Origin: Epithemia pelagica
Taxonomy: Eukaryota; Protista; Bacillariophyta
Assembly: GCA_946965045.2 (NCBI GenBank)
Contig: OX337238.1
Coordinates: 1,054,001 to 1,118,000, forward strand
Reading direction: 5' to 3'
Length of the DNA stretch: 64,000 nt
Positions 10,111-20,028 of the stretch are shown in pieces. Under the pieces are notes generated by a model. It made no database searches. It saw nothing but the letters and a program-made list of their open reading frames with translations, and had not been told where the DNA came from. Each line of letters begins with the position of its first letter. Position 1 is the first letter of the stretch. The translations under genes were made by a program, and so were the position numbers.

Positions 10111-10698
10111 GATGAGCACTAGCATGTGTATCTTTTGTCGGGATCTCCAGGACATTTTGCTCAACATTTTTCATCCTGGCAGCACAACAACGGCAAACGA
10201 AAAAACAAACAACGGACATCTTATTGTCGGACCGTTTGAGAGCAACCGGCAACAACGCAAGATGCTAACAACAGAAAGAGGGCGCCGTCTACCATAATTG
10301 CAAGATTGATGAGCACTAGCATGTGTATCTTTTGTCGAGATCTCCAGGACATTTTGCTCAACATTTTTCATCCTGGCAGCACAACAACGGCAAACGAAAA
10401 AACAAACAACGGACATCTTATTGTCGGACCGTTTGAGAGCAACCGGCAACAACAAGATGCTAACAACAGAAAGAGGGCGCCGTCTACCATAATTGCAAGA
10501 TTGATGAGCACTAGCATGTGTATCTTTTTTCGAGATCTCCAGGACATTTTGCTCAACATTTTTCATCCTGGCAGCACAACAACGGCAAACGAAAAAACAA
10601 ACAACGGACATCTTATTGTCGGACCGTTTGAGAGCAACCGGCAACAACGCAAGATGCTAACAACAGAAAGAGGGTGCCGTCTGCCATAATTGCAAGAT
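10111..10698. repeat. Tandem triplication of a ~196-bp unit
   Basis: Units start with GATGAGCACTAGC at 10111, 10308 and 10503, with small indels and substitutions between them. Confidence 0.95.
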
Positions 10699-10816
10699 TT
10701 TCCGTTTGTCCGTATGAGAGACAGCGGGATGGCTGTGATTCCTGATGCCCTTCTACGAGAAACTAACTTTGACGTACGGCTATTCTTCTGAAGTACAAAA
10801 TCTGGAGAGCTAAACA

Positions 10817-11086
10817 TTAACGCCATTCGTAAGGAACGCGCTTTAAGGCCTTTCGAGCAGTGGATTTACTACTCGGATAAATTTTATGGGAGTAGTTAAA
10901 ATGCTCGAATTTAATGCTCCGGCCTTAACGCCATTCGTAATCGAGTAGTAAATACACTACTCTGATAAATTCGAGTAAGGCCGGAGTATTAAATTCGAGC
11001 ATTTTAACTACTCCCATAAAATTTATCCGAGTAGTAAATCCACTGCTCGAAAGGCCTTAAAGCGCGTTCCTTACGAATGGCGTTAA
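10817..11086. repeat. Long inverted repeat (~110-bp arms, ~50-bp spacer) bounded by TTAA
   Basis: The left arm TTAACGCCATTCGTAAGG...GCTCCGGCCTTA is the reverse complement of the right arm TAAGGCCGGAGTA...CCTTACGAATGGCGTTAA with one mismatch. Confidence 0.92.
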
Positions 11087-11791
11087 CACGGTTTGAAAAC
11101 AGTCCGTTTTAACTTCGAGTACAAATTTATTGATAGTGAGAATTTTTTGTCATCTTAGTCGCTCTTTTTTAACTTGAGCGACCACCTGCGAGGACCATGA
11201 GAGACAATGAGGACGGACCATGAAAATGGCATGGATCATCTTCCAGTGAGGCCAAGCCAGGTGAGAATGGATGAAATAAAGCCATATGATCAAGACAGAT
11301 GGTGTGTGGTGGCCAAAGTTGACGAAGGAAAGATGCAATGTGTCGAAAAAGGGTCAATGGGATGAACCTGGAAAAACACGGTCCGAGAGAGAGAAGTGGC
11401 AAATGCTCGACAGAGGCATTTGCAAATAACATGTAAAGGCACAGTCCTATAGTTCATGTTATTTTACACCAGAATGGAAGGTCTTGGCATTTGTTATTGG
11501 CTATTGACTGTGTCCGTAGCATTCAAAGTTGGGCCATGGTCGATGGATTCAAAAAATCATGAAAATTGCTGAAATTTTGACGGCCAAAACGACGGTGATC
11601 ATGTGAAAATTAGTGTAGACTATCATATATCAATGTGTTCAGAATTTCAAGTTCTACCAGAAGCAAGCTATAAGAAACCCAACAAATTGAAATTGACATA
11701 GATAGGACGACTTGAAATTATGGGAGTAGTGTATTTAATACTCGAATTTATCGGAGTAGTGTATTTACTACTCGATTACGAATGGCGTTAA
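10925..11791. mobile_element. Non-autonomous TIR element (MITE-like) with ~50-bp TIRs and TTAA at both ends
   Basis: TTAA-CGCCATTCGTAATCGAGTAGTAAATACACTACTC(T)GATAAATTCGAGTA at 10925 is the reverse complement of the sequence ending TTAA at 11791 (one mismatch). No coding capacity inside. Confidence 0.6.
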
Positions 11792-11937
11792 ACAGCGTAG
11801 CCACAATTTTTTGAATTATCCCCCAGCGTGGGTAGTGTATTTACTACTCGAATTTATCGGAGTAGTGTATTTACTACTCGATTACGAATGGCGTTAAACA
11901 GCGTAGCCACAATTTTTTGAATTATCCCCCAGCGAGG
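11726..11937. repeat. Tandem duplication of a 106-bp unit including the TIR end
   Basis: GAATGGCGTTAA ends at 11791 and 11897 (offset 106), and flanking sequence is repeated. Confidence 0.85.
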
Positions 11938-12120
11938 GTTTTTCGGAGGTAGTAACTTCGTTGAAACACCCCCATCTCTGATCGCTGGATCCAAATTTAC
12001 ACCCTCAAAATCCCCCAATCTGGGGAGTCATCGAATATTCCTTAGCGGTAGTCATTCATCAGTCATCAGTCATCAGTCCCGCAATCGTCCCACTCATCGC
12101 AGGAACAAAATTGTCGAGTT
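11901..12120. repeat. Dispersed repeat, homologous to 23958-24192
   Basis: Shared blocks: CGTA(A/G)CCACAATT, CCCCCAGCGAGGGTTTTTCGGAGGTAGTAA, AATATTCCTTAGCGGTAGTCATTCATCAGTCATCAGTCATCAGTCCCGCAATCGTCCCACTC and AAATTGTCGAGTTT. Confidence 0.85.
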
Positions 12121-12258
12121 TCCCAAGTCGTCAGGTGAAGAAAGACGGTCCTCTTCTAGTGTTGTCCTGCCTCTTGCCCCTTGCCCCATCTGTCCATTGT
12201 ATTTTTTTCGTTCGCTCGTGTACTTAATAGCTGGCTTCACGAGCGACCTGCCTAGTCT

Positions 12259-12372
12259 ATTACAGTACAAATACTGTACTGAAAATTTTATACATAAACA
12301 ATTATAGTAATCATGGATTACAGTACAAATACTGTACTGACAATTTTATACATAAACAATTATAGTAATCAT
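12259..12372. repeat. AT-rich 58-bp tandem duplication, each unit with a CAGTAC...GTACTG mini-hairpin
   Basis: Units start at 12259 and 12317, with one substitution. Confidence 0.9.
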
Positions 12373-13196
12373 CTATGCCCCTTTGCTTATCGACCATGAC
12401 GACAGCAAATTTGGGGACACGATGCCGTTCAAACCAGGAAGACCATGAGTCACCGCGCTTGGCGCTCACGTTGATTGTCGAGTGCGGACCCGACCGATAC
12501 ACAAGCGGCCCCTGTTCCCCAAACTCCACCGACGCAGCTGATTCAGCCATTGTTGCGGACACCGACGGCACCCAATCGAATGCATCCCACCTCGTCGATT
12601 GGAGGCATGATCATGATGGGTCTTTCCCCCACCATCAAGTGACACCCGATATCCCCAAGACCATTGACAACTCGGACCTGGAACCACATCGCGACAGTGA
12701 TGATTATCACACTCTCGTGAAGCCAATTCCCAATACAAGACAAACGCCCGTGGTGGACAATGATCAAGTGGATGTCACCTTTGGATGTGGAACCAACTTG
12801 TTGTCGACCGGATTACATCTTTCGCTCCTGCTTCTCGATTTCTTCATAACTTTGTTATTGGCAGCCTCGCGGCTCGCGGACTGTGGGATCAAAACGTGAC
12901 ATATCTAAGTTCGAAGTTGTCCCTTTTCATTTCACCGGTCAACCGGCCACGTCCTTGTCCTTGCACAATACACAACATACAACATCATGTTGTTTTTATT
13001 CTCTCTAGACACTAGACAGGGACGTTCCAGGTTCCAGATTCCAGACCTTGTCCTTTCTACCTACCTAGGACCTCGGACCTCGGACCTTTTACCTCTAGTT
13101 AGTAGTTAGTGCTTCTTCACTACTTCGTTGGCAATTTGCATGTTGAAGAGAGAAACCGTCCTCATTCCTCATATGCAGTCTTTGCAGTCTTTGCAT

Positions 13197-13810
13197 TTCG
13201 CAGCAACTTCCGGTAACTACACGTGAGTCGCATATTCTCTCCCAATACCCAACGGACGAAACCGAAACAAAGGATCGATATTTATACAAAGTACGTATTA
13301 TGATACCATAGAATATGATTTACCATTCTCTAGTATGGAACAAACGGGAATGTCGAAAGGTATGTCGTTTGTATGTCGTTTGATGTTGTTTGATGTCGTT
13401 TGATGTCGTTTGATGTCGTTTCGGGCTCGCGCGCAAACATGGTTTGCCTCAAAATCCAGCGGTGCTCGTTCAGTTGATGGGCCTACCGTCAATCAGTGAC
13501 TTGTAACCTTGTGATTTCTCATGAAGAATTCCAACTGCTGGAGAGTACATATTCTTTTAGCGATAAAAACATCCGACATCATCCGACATCATCCGACATC
13601 CTCCGACATCATCCGACATCATCCGACATCTACCAAATCCTCCGACATCCTTGACTCTGGATGTTTTCCTCATATTGAAATAATCTATACCTAGTATGAT
13701 CATATAAGAGGTATTACTGTGTGATAATGAAAAATGTTATATCGTGACGATACTCTGAGTAGTAGAAGGATTACCTACGTTTTGAGTCCATTACCGGAAG
13801 TTGCAGCGAA
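13197..13810. mobile_element. MITE-like element with 20-bp TIRs and oppositely oriented internal 10-mer arrays
   Basis: TTCGCAGCAACTTCCGGTAA ... TTACCGGAAGTTGCAGCGAA (one mismatch). Arrays (TGATGTCGTT)n at ~13362-13421 and (CATCCGACAT)n at ~13572-13650. No clear TSD. Confidence 0.6.
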
Positions 13811-13932
13811 TCGTAAAAAAAAAACTGGAAATCTATTTTAACGCTGCCGCACGCACCACGCATGGTGACGCCGACCGACGCGCCGGGCCTAGAAAACTAG
13901 GCGAGGACTAAATAGGGTAGCTTGAGAAGAAC

Positions 13933-16900
13933 TCAAGCTAGTCCAGCATAATGAAGAATGACGGGACGCCATGTGTTGAGCCAGGTATGTAATTGAGTGG
14001 AGGTGGTTTCGTGGAGAAAATGAGTTGCAGTGGAATCATAAAAGAAGGTACGGTCTGTCGAAGGAACAGACGATCGCAGAAGATACAAGTCGACAATTTC
14101 GCGACGGGCTTGGTTGAGAGCAGCGGCTTCACGAGTGGGAGCATTACGACCGTGAACATCCAGATTACGGCGCGTCCAGAGGTTGTGCACGTGTTGCCAT
14201 ATAATTTTGATACTGCCACAAATAGAGCGATGTCCAGAGAACTTGACAGGGTTCAATTCATGAGCAGAGACAAATTTGTCTTGGAGACTAATCCAGTCCT
14301 TGACAAAGCGACCGAAGAACAATTGATCCCATCCAACAAGCGTTTGGCGGGTAATCAGGGCTTGATATGGTGCAGGGACAGTCGGAAGCGCAATAGGAGT
14401 GTCAGCAAGCCACAGGCGCATTGCTTCACGAAGAATGGTGACAAGACATGGGTCGAAAGAGTTCTCGGTCCAAAATTCATTGAGCTCATCGAACAACGGA
14501 CCCGTCCAGTTTCGTCTAGACGGGTAGCGAAGAAAGTGGGAGCGATTTTCTTGTATGTTCGGACAGTTTGGGCACATGCACGTATAATGGTTGGCGTAGT
14601 GTTGTTTGAGAGTACCAACTGGTAGCCAGTTGTGGACGTATTTGGTGAGAAAATGGCGGCGATGAAAGTTTGCCCGCATCACAGAACCGTGTGTGTCCCA
14701 GCAAATTGAGTCAAAGACCGAAGAAGACCAGTGATGTTTAGATTTCAGGTACTCTGTAATTACCGGATCGCTCGAAAGACGGCGAAGAGTGCTTCTGTAG
14801 TTGGATGTAATGGTCCCAGACGGGCCATGCAACGCAGCAACAGTGCCAGTAATGAGTGGGCTGAACCGAGAAGAAATTGTTGTAGGGTAACGGTATTCAC
14901 CAGCTAAATGGTCAGCTTGGACATTCAATTGAGCTTCAAGAGGCAGTGTCTCATACGGGTGATATCGATCTTGGTGTGCCTTGACATGACTGAGCGGAGG
15001 AATCGAGGGAAACTGACGTAATGTATAAACTATTGACTGTTGCAAATCCCAGTCGGGTCCCATTGTTGAGTAAGGGTATTCAACTTGCCAGTCCAATCGT
15101 TGTCTGACGGTTTCGATCATGCTCAATGAATCCGTGTAAAAGTGTAGATCGTTGGGGAGATTCTGATTGTGAAAAAGACATAGGTGGTAAATGGAACGTA
15201 GCAAGGACAGATAGCCGTAGCTTTCTGCCCGAAACGATGAAGTCCTGAATCCGGGAGCTGGGCCGGCCAATTCAAACAGGCATTGGTTTTCATGGGAGAC
15301 ACATACGGCACCGAAGCTCCCGGTAAAGAGAGCCGCGGAACCATCGCTGCACAAGACAAGTCCGTTTGTGAATTGTTCGAACAAACTTGAAGGAGAGCAA
15401 CGGAGAACAAATCCGGAAAGAAGATCTTGTTCCCACTTTGGCAAAGACATCACATGAGCAGTAAACGTGTTTGGGACCTCCTGTGGCACAGGATCCAGAC
15501 GGTGACTATACTTGTGAAGAATCCTCTGGTTGAACGGAGCAGGTGTCGTCGTAACTGGAACAGCAGCTGCTGGGACAATGAGAGTAAATTGGTCAGTCGG
15601 TGAGAACCAGCGGTACAAGTTTTCATGGTAGATTCGGTAGTTAGCACCATCGAGGACAAACAGTCGAGATGACTGTTCGCACAAATAACAATTCCATTTC
15701 CGTATCGTTATGTAGCCAGTTTTTAGCCATTTGCCCAAAGGGTTATTGAGTCGTCTGTCATTATCGCCGGTGGTTAAGGTTGAAAGAAATTTCCGCCACA
15801 AGTTCCATGCTTTGGTGCTCGGATAATCTTGGTAGGCTGTTAGTCCTCGTAGAGTAGAATGTTGTAGATGCAGACCAAGAGTAGGTGATAAAGATAAGCA
15901 TTGCCCATTGCAGGTGGTAATATCGCTAACCAGTGTAACACCGGGATACAATCGGCATGCATTGAGTAGTTGAAGATCCAATGGTTTGGTCGTAAATTGC
16001 AATGCATGATCCATAACAAACGAATCATTCTCTCTTTGCAGGGGTATGATGAAATCTTGTGCAAGTACAATTCGGCAATCCACAGTAGTTAAGAAGGATC
16101 GAAGAGAGGGAAGCCACATCATAGGAGCGAGATGAGGAAGTGGAGTCTTTACATCATCAAGAATAGAGACACTTGTACCTGCGAGCCATTGACCCCAGGA
16201 CACGGTGATATGAGCAAGATCAGACGGCAAACCTTGTGACCGTAAGCAAGCAAGGAACATGTATACTTGGGAGATACCACGCTCGGTAGTTAAAGATCGA
16301 AGACCAATACCTCCATAATCAGGAGAACCGTATACGATAGCATTTGGAGTGCACCTGTTATAACCGCATTTTGGTAACAGGGCCTTCTTGAATTGTCGTT
16401 GGAGGGCTTTACAGTGCTTGTCAGAGAGGGATGATGATGGCATTGGGTAGGTGATGCTTGGTAAGTAGACGGAATGATAATACGCCCAGGCGTCTGTTCG
16501 ATTAAACGGGCTTCGTGCCATGACACTGGTATGGTGACTGTTTTTCTTGGCTAGAGCATGGAAGAGACTTTGGTCGGTTGAAGCCAGTGATTTCATTACA
16601 CCAAGTGTTTTATGGCTTTGATAAGCAGAGAGCTGCTTTAACGGATGCGGTGAATTGTTGTTGTTAAACTGTATGCTGATACGAGGTCCAATCTGGCCAT
16701 TGCAAAGGTACGGTAGCCCATCAATTGTAAATTCAAAGTAGAGGAAGTGATACAAGCATTTGGTATCTTCCAAAGCTCCACCCGATACTTGTAAAACATC
16801 ATTCCACCTTTGAGCGTCCTTGGTAGCCTTGGCGATGTAATGTTCTGGTGACTGACGCTTGGGCAAGTTGAAGTCGTTCGTACTCCCACTGGTGTCATCC

Positions 16901-19900
16901 ACGAATCCTATCATAAAAACTTGAGCCTCAATCTCTCCTTGTGGAGAACGAAATGTCGCTCCATGAGCCTTTTCATCGTACGCATGAAAAAGTACCGAAC
17001 TGATTACACACCATATTCCTGGAGAGTTTCCTGCTCCCTGTCCGGAACCGTAGATTGGGAAAATTTTGCAGTGTTTGTAAAACTTCTCTGATACACCAAG
17101 TTGCGTCTTGAGGTAGTATTTTGCGTCTTCTAGTGTTGCAGCATTGATAAATACCACTGATCGGTGCTGGCCATAGGATCGAGATGCTAGGCTGCCAAAC
17201 GACATCACGATTCTGTCGTAGCACGCCGTTGCATCGTAGTCGAGGTGGACTAGCGGCCGTTTGCTCGCGCGGCTAATCTCATATTGGAACTCTTCCAACA
17301 TGGTTGGAAGGATAGCGTCTTTTCCTGGAACTCCACCGAACTGTTGGGGATGTAGAAGTTGATTGTTAGAACCGTTGCGTATCATCTGTCTCCATTTCAC
17401 TGCTAAGATCAGGTTATAATCCTGTTCATACAGGTGTATAACTCTTAGACGATGAATCCGATGATTGTTTGGTTCCTTCAATATCATCACGTTGACAATA
17501 TGTTTCCATCGTGATAGGCTGTAGCGATGGCTGATAGCTAGATTGAGCATTGCCACTTGCCATTCAATAAGTTGATGTCGTTGTTGTTCCAGTTGAGCAG
17601 TTGCATCATCGTCATCTTCAATGGAGATTGGATTGACCAGTGCCTTGCTATGAGACAGGTGAAAGCCAGACGGTGAGGTCGATGTCTTTTCAGGCCATGT
17701 TCGAATCTTTTCGGTCCACTCTTCGATTGTGATTTTGTCCTTGATTTCGTCCAGGTTTGTTCGGGCCTGCATGTGGCGGAGTACATCTTGCGAGACTGAA
17801 TCGAGTTCCTCTGTGTTCCATTGCCCTTCGAGAATCAGGTCTGCTACATGAGTCGACGCTCCCCAATCGATCCATTCAGAAAATGGTGGACGAGTTGGAA
17901 AGAGACCATCTGCTTGACCAAAATGGGTTTGGTTGCGTTGAAGAAGACGACTTTCTATCTCTTCTGGCGTGTCAATACTGATCCAATCAACACAGGATTT
18001 GTAGTTAACGTCGTCAGGGTCGGCTGGTACGTCCAATCGAGTGATTCCTGCTTTCTCCGCTCCTCGACATTGGCGAATCTTCCTGAACATATTCTTGGTT
18101 CTTTCTGCCGCCATGAGATTCTTGATGAGTTTGGCCTTTTTCTTGTTACCATTTGCCTCTGCGTCCCGTAACTGGATAAGTTGTTCATTCTGACGATGGA
18201 AGACAGCATTTTTAGTTGATTGGCGGATCTGTTGTTGAATCTGTCGGCACAGCGCTTGACATTCGGCCAGGGTCGTTGGTATTTCAAACTCTTCGTCTTG
18301 ATTTTTGTACCTTGCAATTGCTTCTTCGAATGACCTTTTTAGCCGGATAGACGATATTGTCTTGAGCAATATGTTCTTTCTTCGACGTAGCGTTGCCAGC
18401 TCGGACGAGAATGCTATATTTCTGGGCTTTCGTGTGCATTGCTTTGCTCCAAAAGTCCCAGCTCGTTGAAAATCGGCATCCAATTGCTCTTGAACTTGTG
18501 GTGTCCAGTGAGTTTTTGCTCTTTCTAGTCTTGTTCCAAAGTTGTGTTCTTGAAGATATCTGTGCTTTGCGGCGATATATTGTCGAACGGCGATAGGGTC
18601 CTTCGCGGTGAATTCTCGGCAAGGCATTGGCGCTAAGGCTTGTGTTCTGTTTCCAAAAAGTGCAAGCGTATCTAGATTGAGTATCATACCTCTGTGATCT
18701 CCGCTTCCTCGAAATTTAAAGGGCTCGTAGCATGCGTATCGAACTGCGTCTGCAACTCTTTCGCTTGCCAGAATAAAGTCAATTCGTTCGCTGCCTGTAA
18801 CATGAGTACCGAAATCAGAATGTCCTATTTGTTGTTGCATCACGTCTACCAGATTACATTGCGATCCGAGTGCTGACATTCCTTCACCCGAGTCTGACAT
18901 AGACTCGTTGAAGTCTCCTAGCAAAAGGATCTCGCATTGTTGGTCTTGATATCGTTGAATGAATTCTCCCAGGTCCATTATGAATGCTTCTCGCGGTGAT
19001 TCTCGTCTTCCTTGGACTAGCAGCATGCTTGATTGTTGAGCGGAGGCTGTATAAGATCGGACTGTTGTGTTTCCGTCATTATCAGTGTAGGTGATTGCTT
19101 GTTTACAGACTTGGTATGCTGCTACCACCAAGAGTTTCTTATTGTTCTTGCAATTCATCAGTTGGAATGACCAACGACCAAGTGAGTCGCTGCCTTGATC
19201 AATAATTCTTGCTGTGATGCTACCCTGTGAGCCCATAAGGGTACTGCCGGGTTTGTAGTACCGTTTTCGTGCTGGTATATTGCTGCTCCCGATCGTTGTT
19301 TTAGAGAATTCAAAGTGTTTTCTGGTGGTGTCATGTATGATGTTCTTGACTGCAGATTTTGTTGAGTCAATATTTGTTTCCGCTACTCCCCAGGTATCCG
19401 CTTGAAGTTTTTGCATCTCCAATAAGAACTCGGCATAATCTCCACCATTTTCACTCAATGTGAATCCATTTGCGTTAGCAAAGTAAATTCTGAAATGATT
19501 TTCATCCTTTTCGTCATCTTTGATTTCGTCCCCGATGAAAGGATTTGTTGCTAAGTTTTCTGCCACTATGGGGTTGTCGTTGTCTTCGTCTTCTTGGTTA
19601 GTAGAGTCACTGCTGTTTTGTGAGCCGTTATGTTGATTTTGGCTTGTGCTACTGGCTTGGTCTGTATCTGGTTGTTGTGCTGTCGTCTCTCGTGGCGCGA
19701 TGTTAATTCTTTCTGATAAATTAATTACGTGTCTGTCATTATGTGGTTGTGTGGGATTGGTTGCTTGTATGGAATCGGTTGCTTGTATGGACTCGGTTGC
19801 TTGTATGGAATCGGTTGCTTGTATGGAATCGGTTGCTTGTGTGGAATCGGTTGCTTGTTCAGGACTGGTTCCTTGATTGGTATCAGTCGCTCCTGGTTGA

Positions 19901-20028
19901 TTGAGTAGATGTATTGTTGGTGAATTTTCTAAGCTATTCACTACTTGCAGATAGTTGTTGTTTGTTGCTAAGTAAGTGTTGTTTCCTCTATTGATGCTCA
20001 TCGGTAACACTGTCGTATCCGCTAACAT
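13933..20028 (-). CDS. LINE ORF2 (2031 aa): AP endonuclease - RT - RNase H
   Basis: APE: FANANG, GVAETN, LLGDFNE, RIDFIL, SGDHR. RT: DYDATACYDRI, GSGQGAGNSP, GFVDD. RNase H: CSDGS, SSFRAE, YTDSLS, HVKAHQD, NVQADHLA. C-terminal CPNC. Confidence 0.93.
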   Translation of the reverse strand: MLADTTVLPMSINRGNNTYLATNNNYLQVVNSLENSPTIHLLNQPGATDTNQGTSPEQATDSTQATDSIQATDSIQATESIQATDSIQATNPTQPHNDRHVINLSERINIAPRETTAQQPDTDQASSTSQNQHNGSQNSSDSTNQEDEDNDNPIVAENLATNPFIGDEIKDDEKDENHFRIYFANANGFTLSENGGDYAEFLLEMQKLQADTWGVAETNIDSTKSAVKNIIHDTTRKHFEFSKTTIGSSNIPARKRYYKPGSTLMGSQGSITARIIDQGSDSLGRWSFQLMNCKNNKKLLVVAAYQVCKQAITYTDNDGNTTVRSYTASAQQSSMLLVQGRRESPREAFIMDLGEFIQRYQDQQCEILLLGDFNESMSDSGEGMSALGSQCNLVDVMQQQIGHSDFGTHVTGSERIDFILASERVADAVRYACYEPFKFRGSGDHRGMILNLDTLALFGNRTQALAPMPCREFTAKDPIAVRQYIAAKHRYLQEHNFGTRLERAKTHWTPQVQEQLDADFQRAGTFGAKQCTRKPRNIAFSSELATLRRRKNILLKTISSIRLKRSFEEAIARYKNQDEEFEIPTTLAECQALCRQIQQQIRQSTKNAVFHRQNEQLIQLRDAEANGNKKKAKLIKNLMAAERTKNMFRKIRQCRGAEKAGITRLDVPADPDDVNYKSCVDWISIDTPEEIESRLLQRNQTHFGQADGLFPTRPPFSEWIDWGASTHVADLILEGQWNTEELDSVSQDVLRHMQARTNLDEIKDKITIEEWTEKIRTWPEKTSTSPSGFHLSHSKALVNPISIEDDDDATAQLEQQRHQLIEWQVAMLNLAISHRYSLSRWKHIVNVMILKEPNNHRIHRLRVIHLYEQDYNLILAVKWRQMIRNGSNNQLLHPQQFGGVPGKDAILPTMLEEFQYEISRASKRPLVHLDYDATACYDRIVMSFGSLASRSYGQHRSVVFINAATLEDAKYYLKTQLGVSEKFYKHCKIFPIYGSGQGAGNSPGIWCVISSVLFHAYDEKAHGATFRSPQGEIEAQVFMIGFVDDTSGSTNDFNLPKRQSPEHYIAKATKDAQRWNDVLQVSGGALEDTKCLYHFLYFEFTIDGLPYLCNGQIGPRISIQFNNNNSPHPLKQLSAYQSHKTLGVMKSLASTDQSLFHALAKKNSHHTSVMARSPFNRTDAWAYYHSVYLPSITYPMPSSSLSDKHCKALQRQFKKALLPKCGYNRCTPNAIVYGSPDYGGIGLRSLTTERGISQVYMFLACLRSQGLPSDLAHITVSWGQWLAGTSVSILDDVKTPLPHLAPMMWLPSLRSFLTTVDCRIVLAQDFIIPLQRENDSFVMDHALQFTTKPLDLQLLNACRLYPGVTLVSDITTCNGQCLSLSPTLGLHLQHSTLRGLTAYQDYPSTKAWNLWRKFLSTLTTGDNDRRLNNPLGKWLKTGYITIRKWNCYLCEQSSRLFVLDGANYRIYHENLYRWFSPTDQFTLIVPAAAVPVTTTPAPFNQRILHKYSHRLDPVPQEVPNTFTAHVMSLPKWEQDLLSGFVLRCSPSSLFEQFTNGLVLCSDGSAALFTGSFGAVCVSHENQCLFELAGPAPGFRTSSFRAESYGYLSLLRSIYHLCLFHNQNLPNDLHFYTDSLSMIETVRQRLDWQVEYPYSTMGPDWDLQQSIVYTLRQFPSIPPLSHVKAHQDRYHPYETLPLEAQLNVQADHLAGEYRYPTTISSRFSPLITGTVAALHGPSGTITSNYRSTLRRLSSDPVITEYLKSKHHWSSSVFDSICWDTHGSVMRANFHRRHFLTKYVHNWLPVGTLKQHYANHYTCMCPNCPNIQENRSHFLRYPSRRNWTGPLFDELNEFWTENSFDPCLVTILREAMRLWLADTPIALPTVPAPYQALITRQTLVGWDQLFFGRFVKDWISLQDKFVSAHELNPVKFSGHRSICGSIKIIWQHVHNLWTRRNLDVHGRNAPTREAAALNQARREIVDLYLLRSSVPSTDRTFFYDSTATHFLHETTSTQLHTWLNTWRPVILHYAGLA

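Noticed and set aside
12375-12899. 174-aa ORF
   Set aside because: No recognisable domain and surrounded by repeats; cannot be supported as a gene.
10111-13650. CRISPR-like interpretation of the 196-bp and 10-bp arrays
   Set aside because: There are no unique spacers between repeats and no cas genes, and the context is eukaryotic.
13815-13824. A10 run as the LINE poly(A) tail
   Set aside because: It is on the wrong strand: it reads as poly(T) in the sense of the minus-strand LINE.
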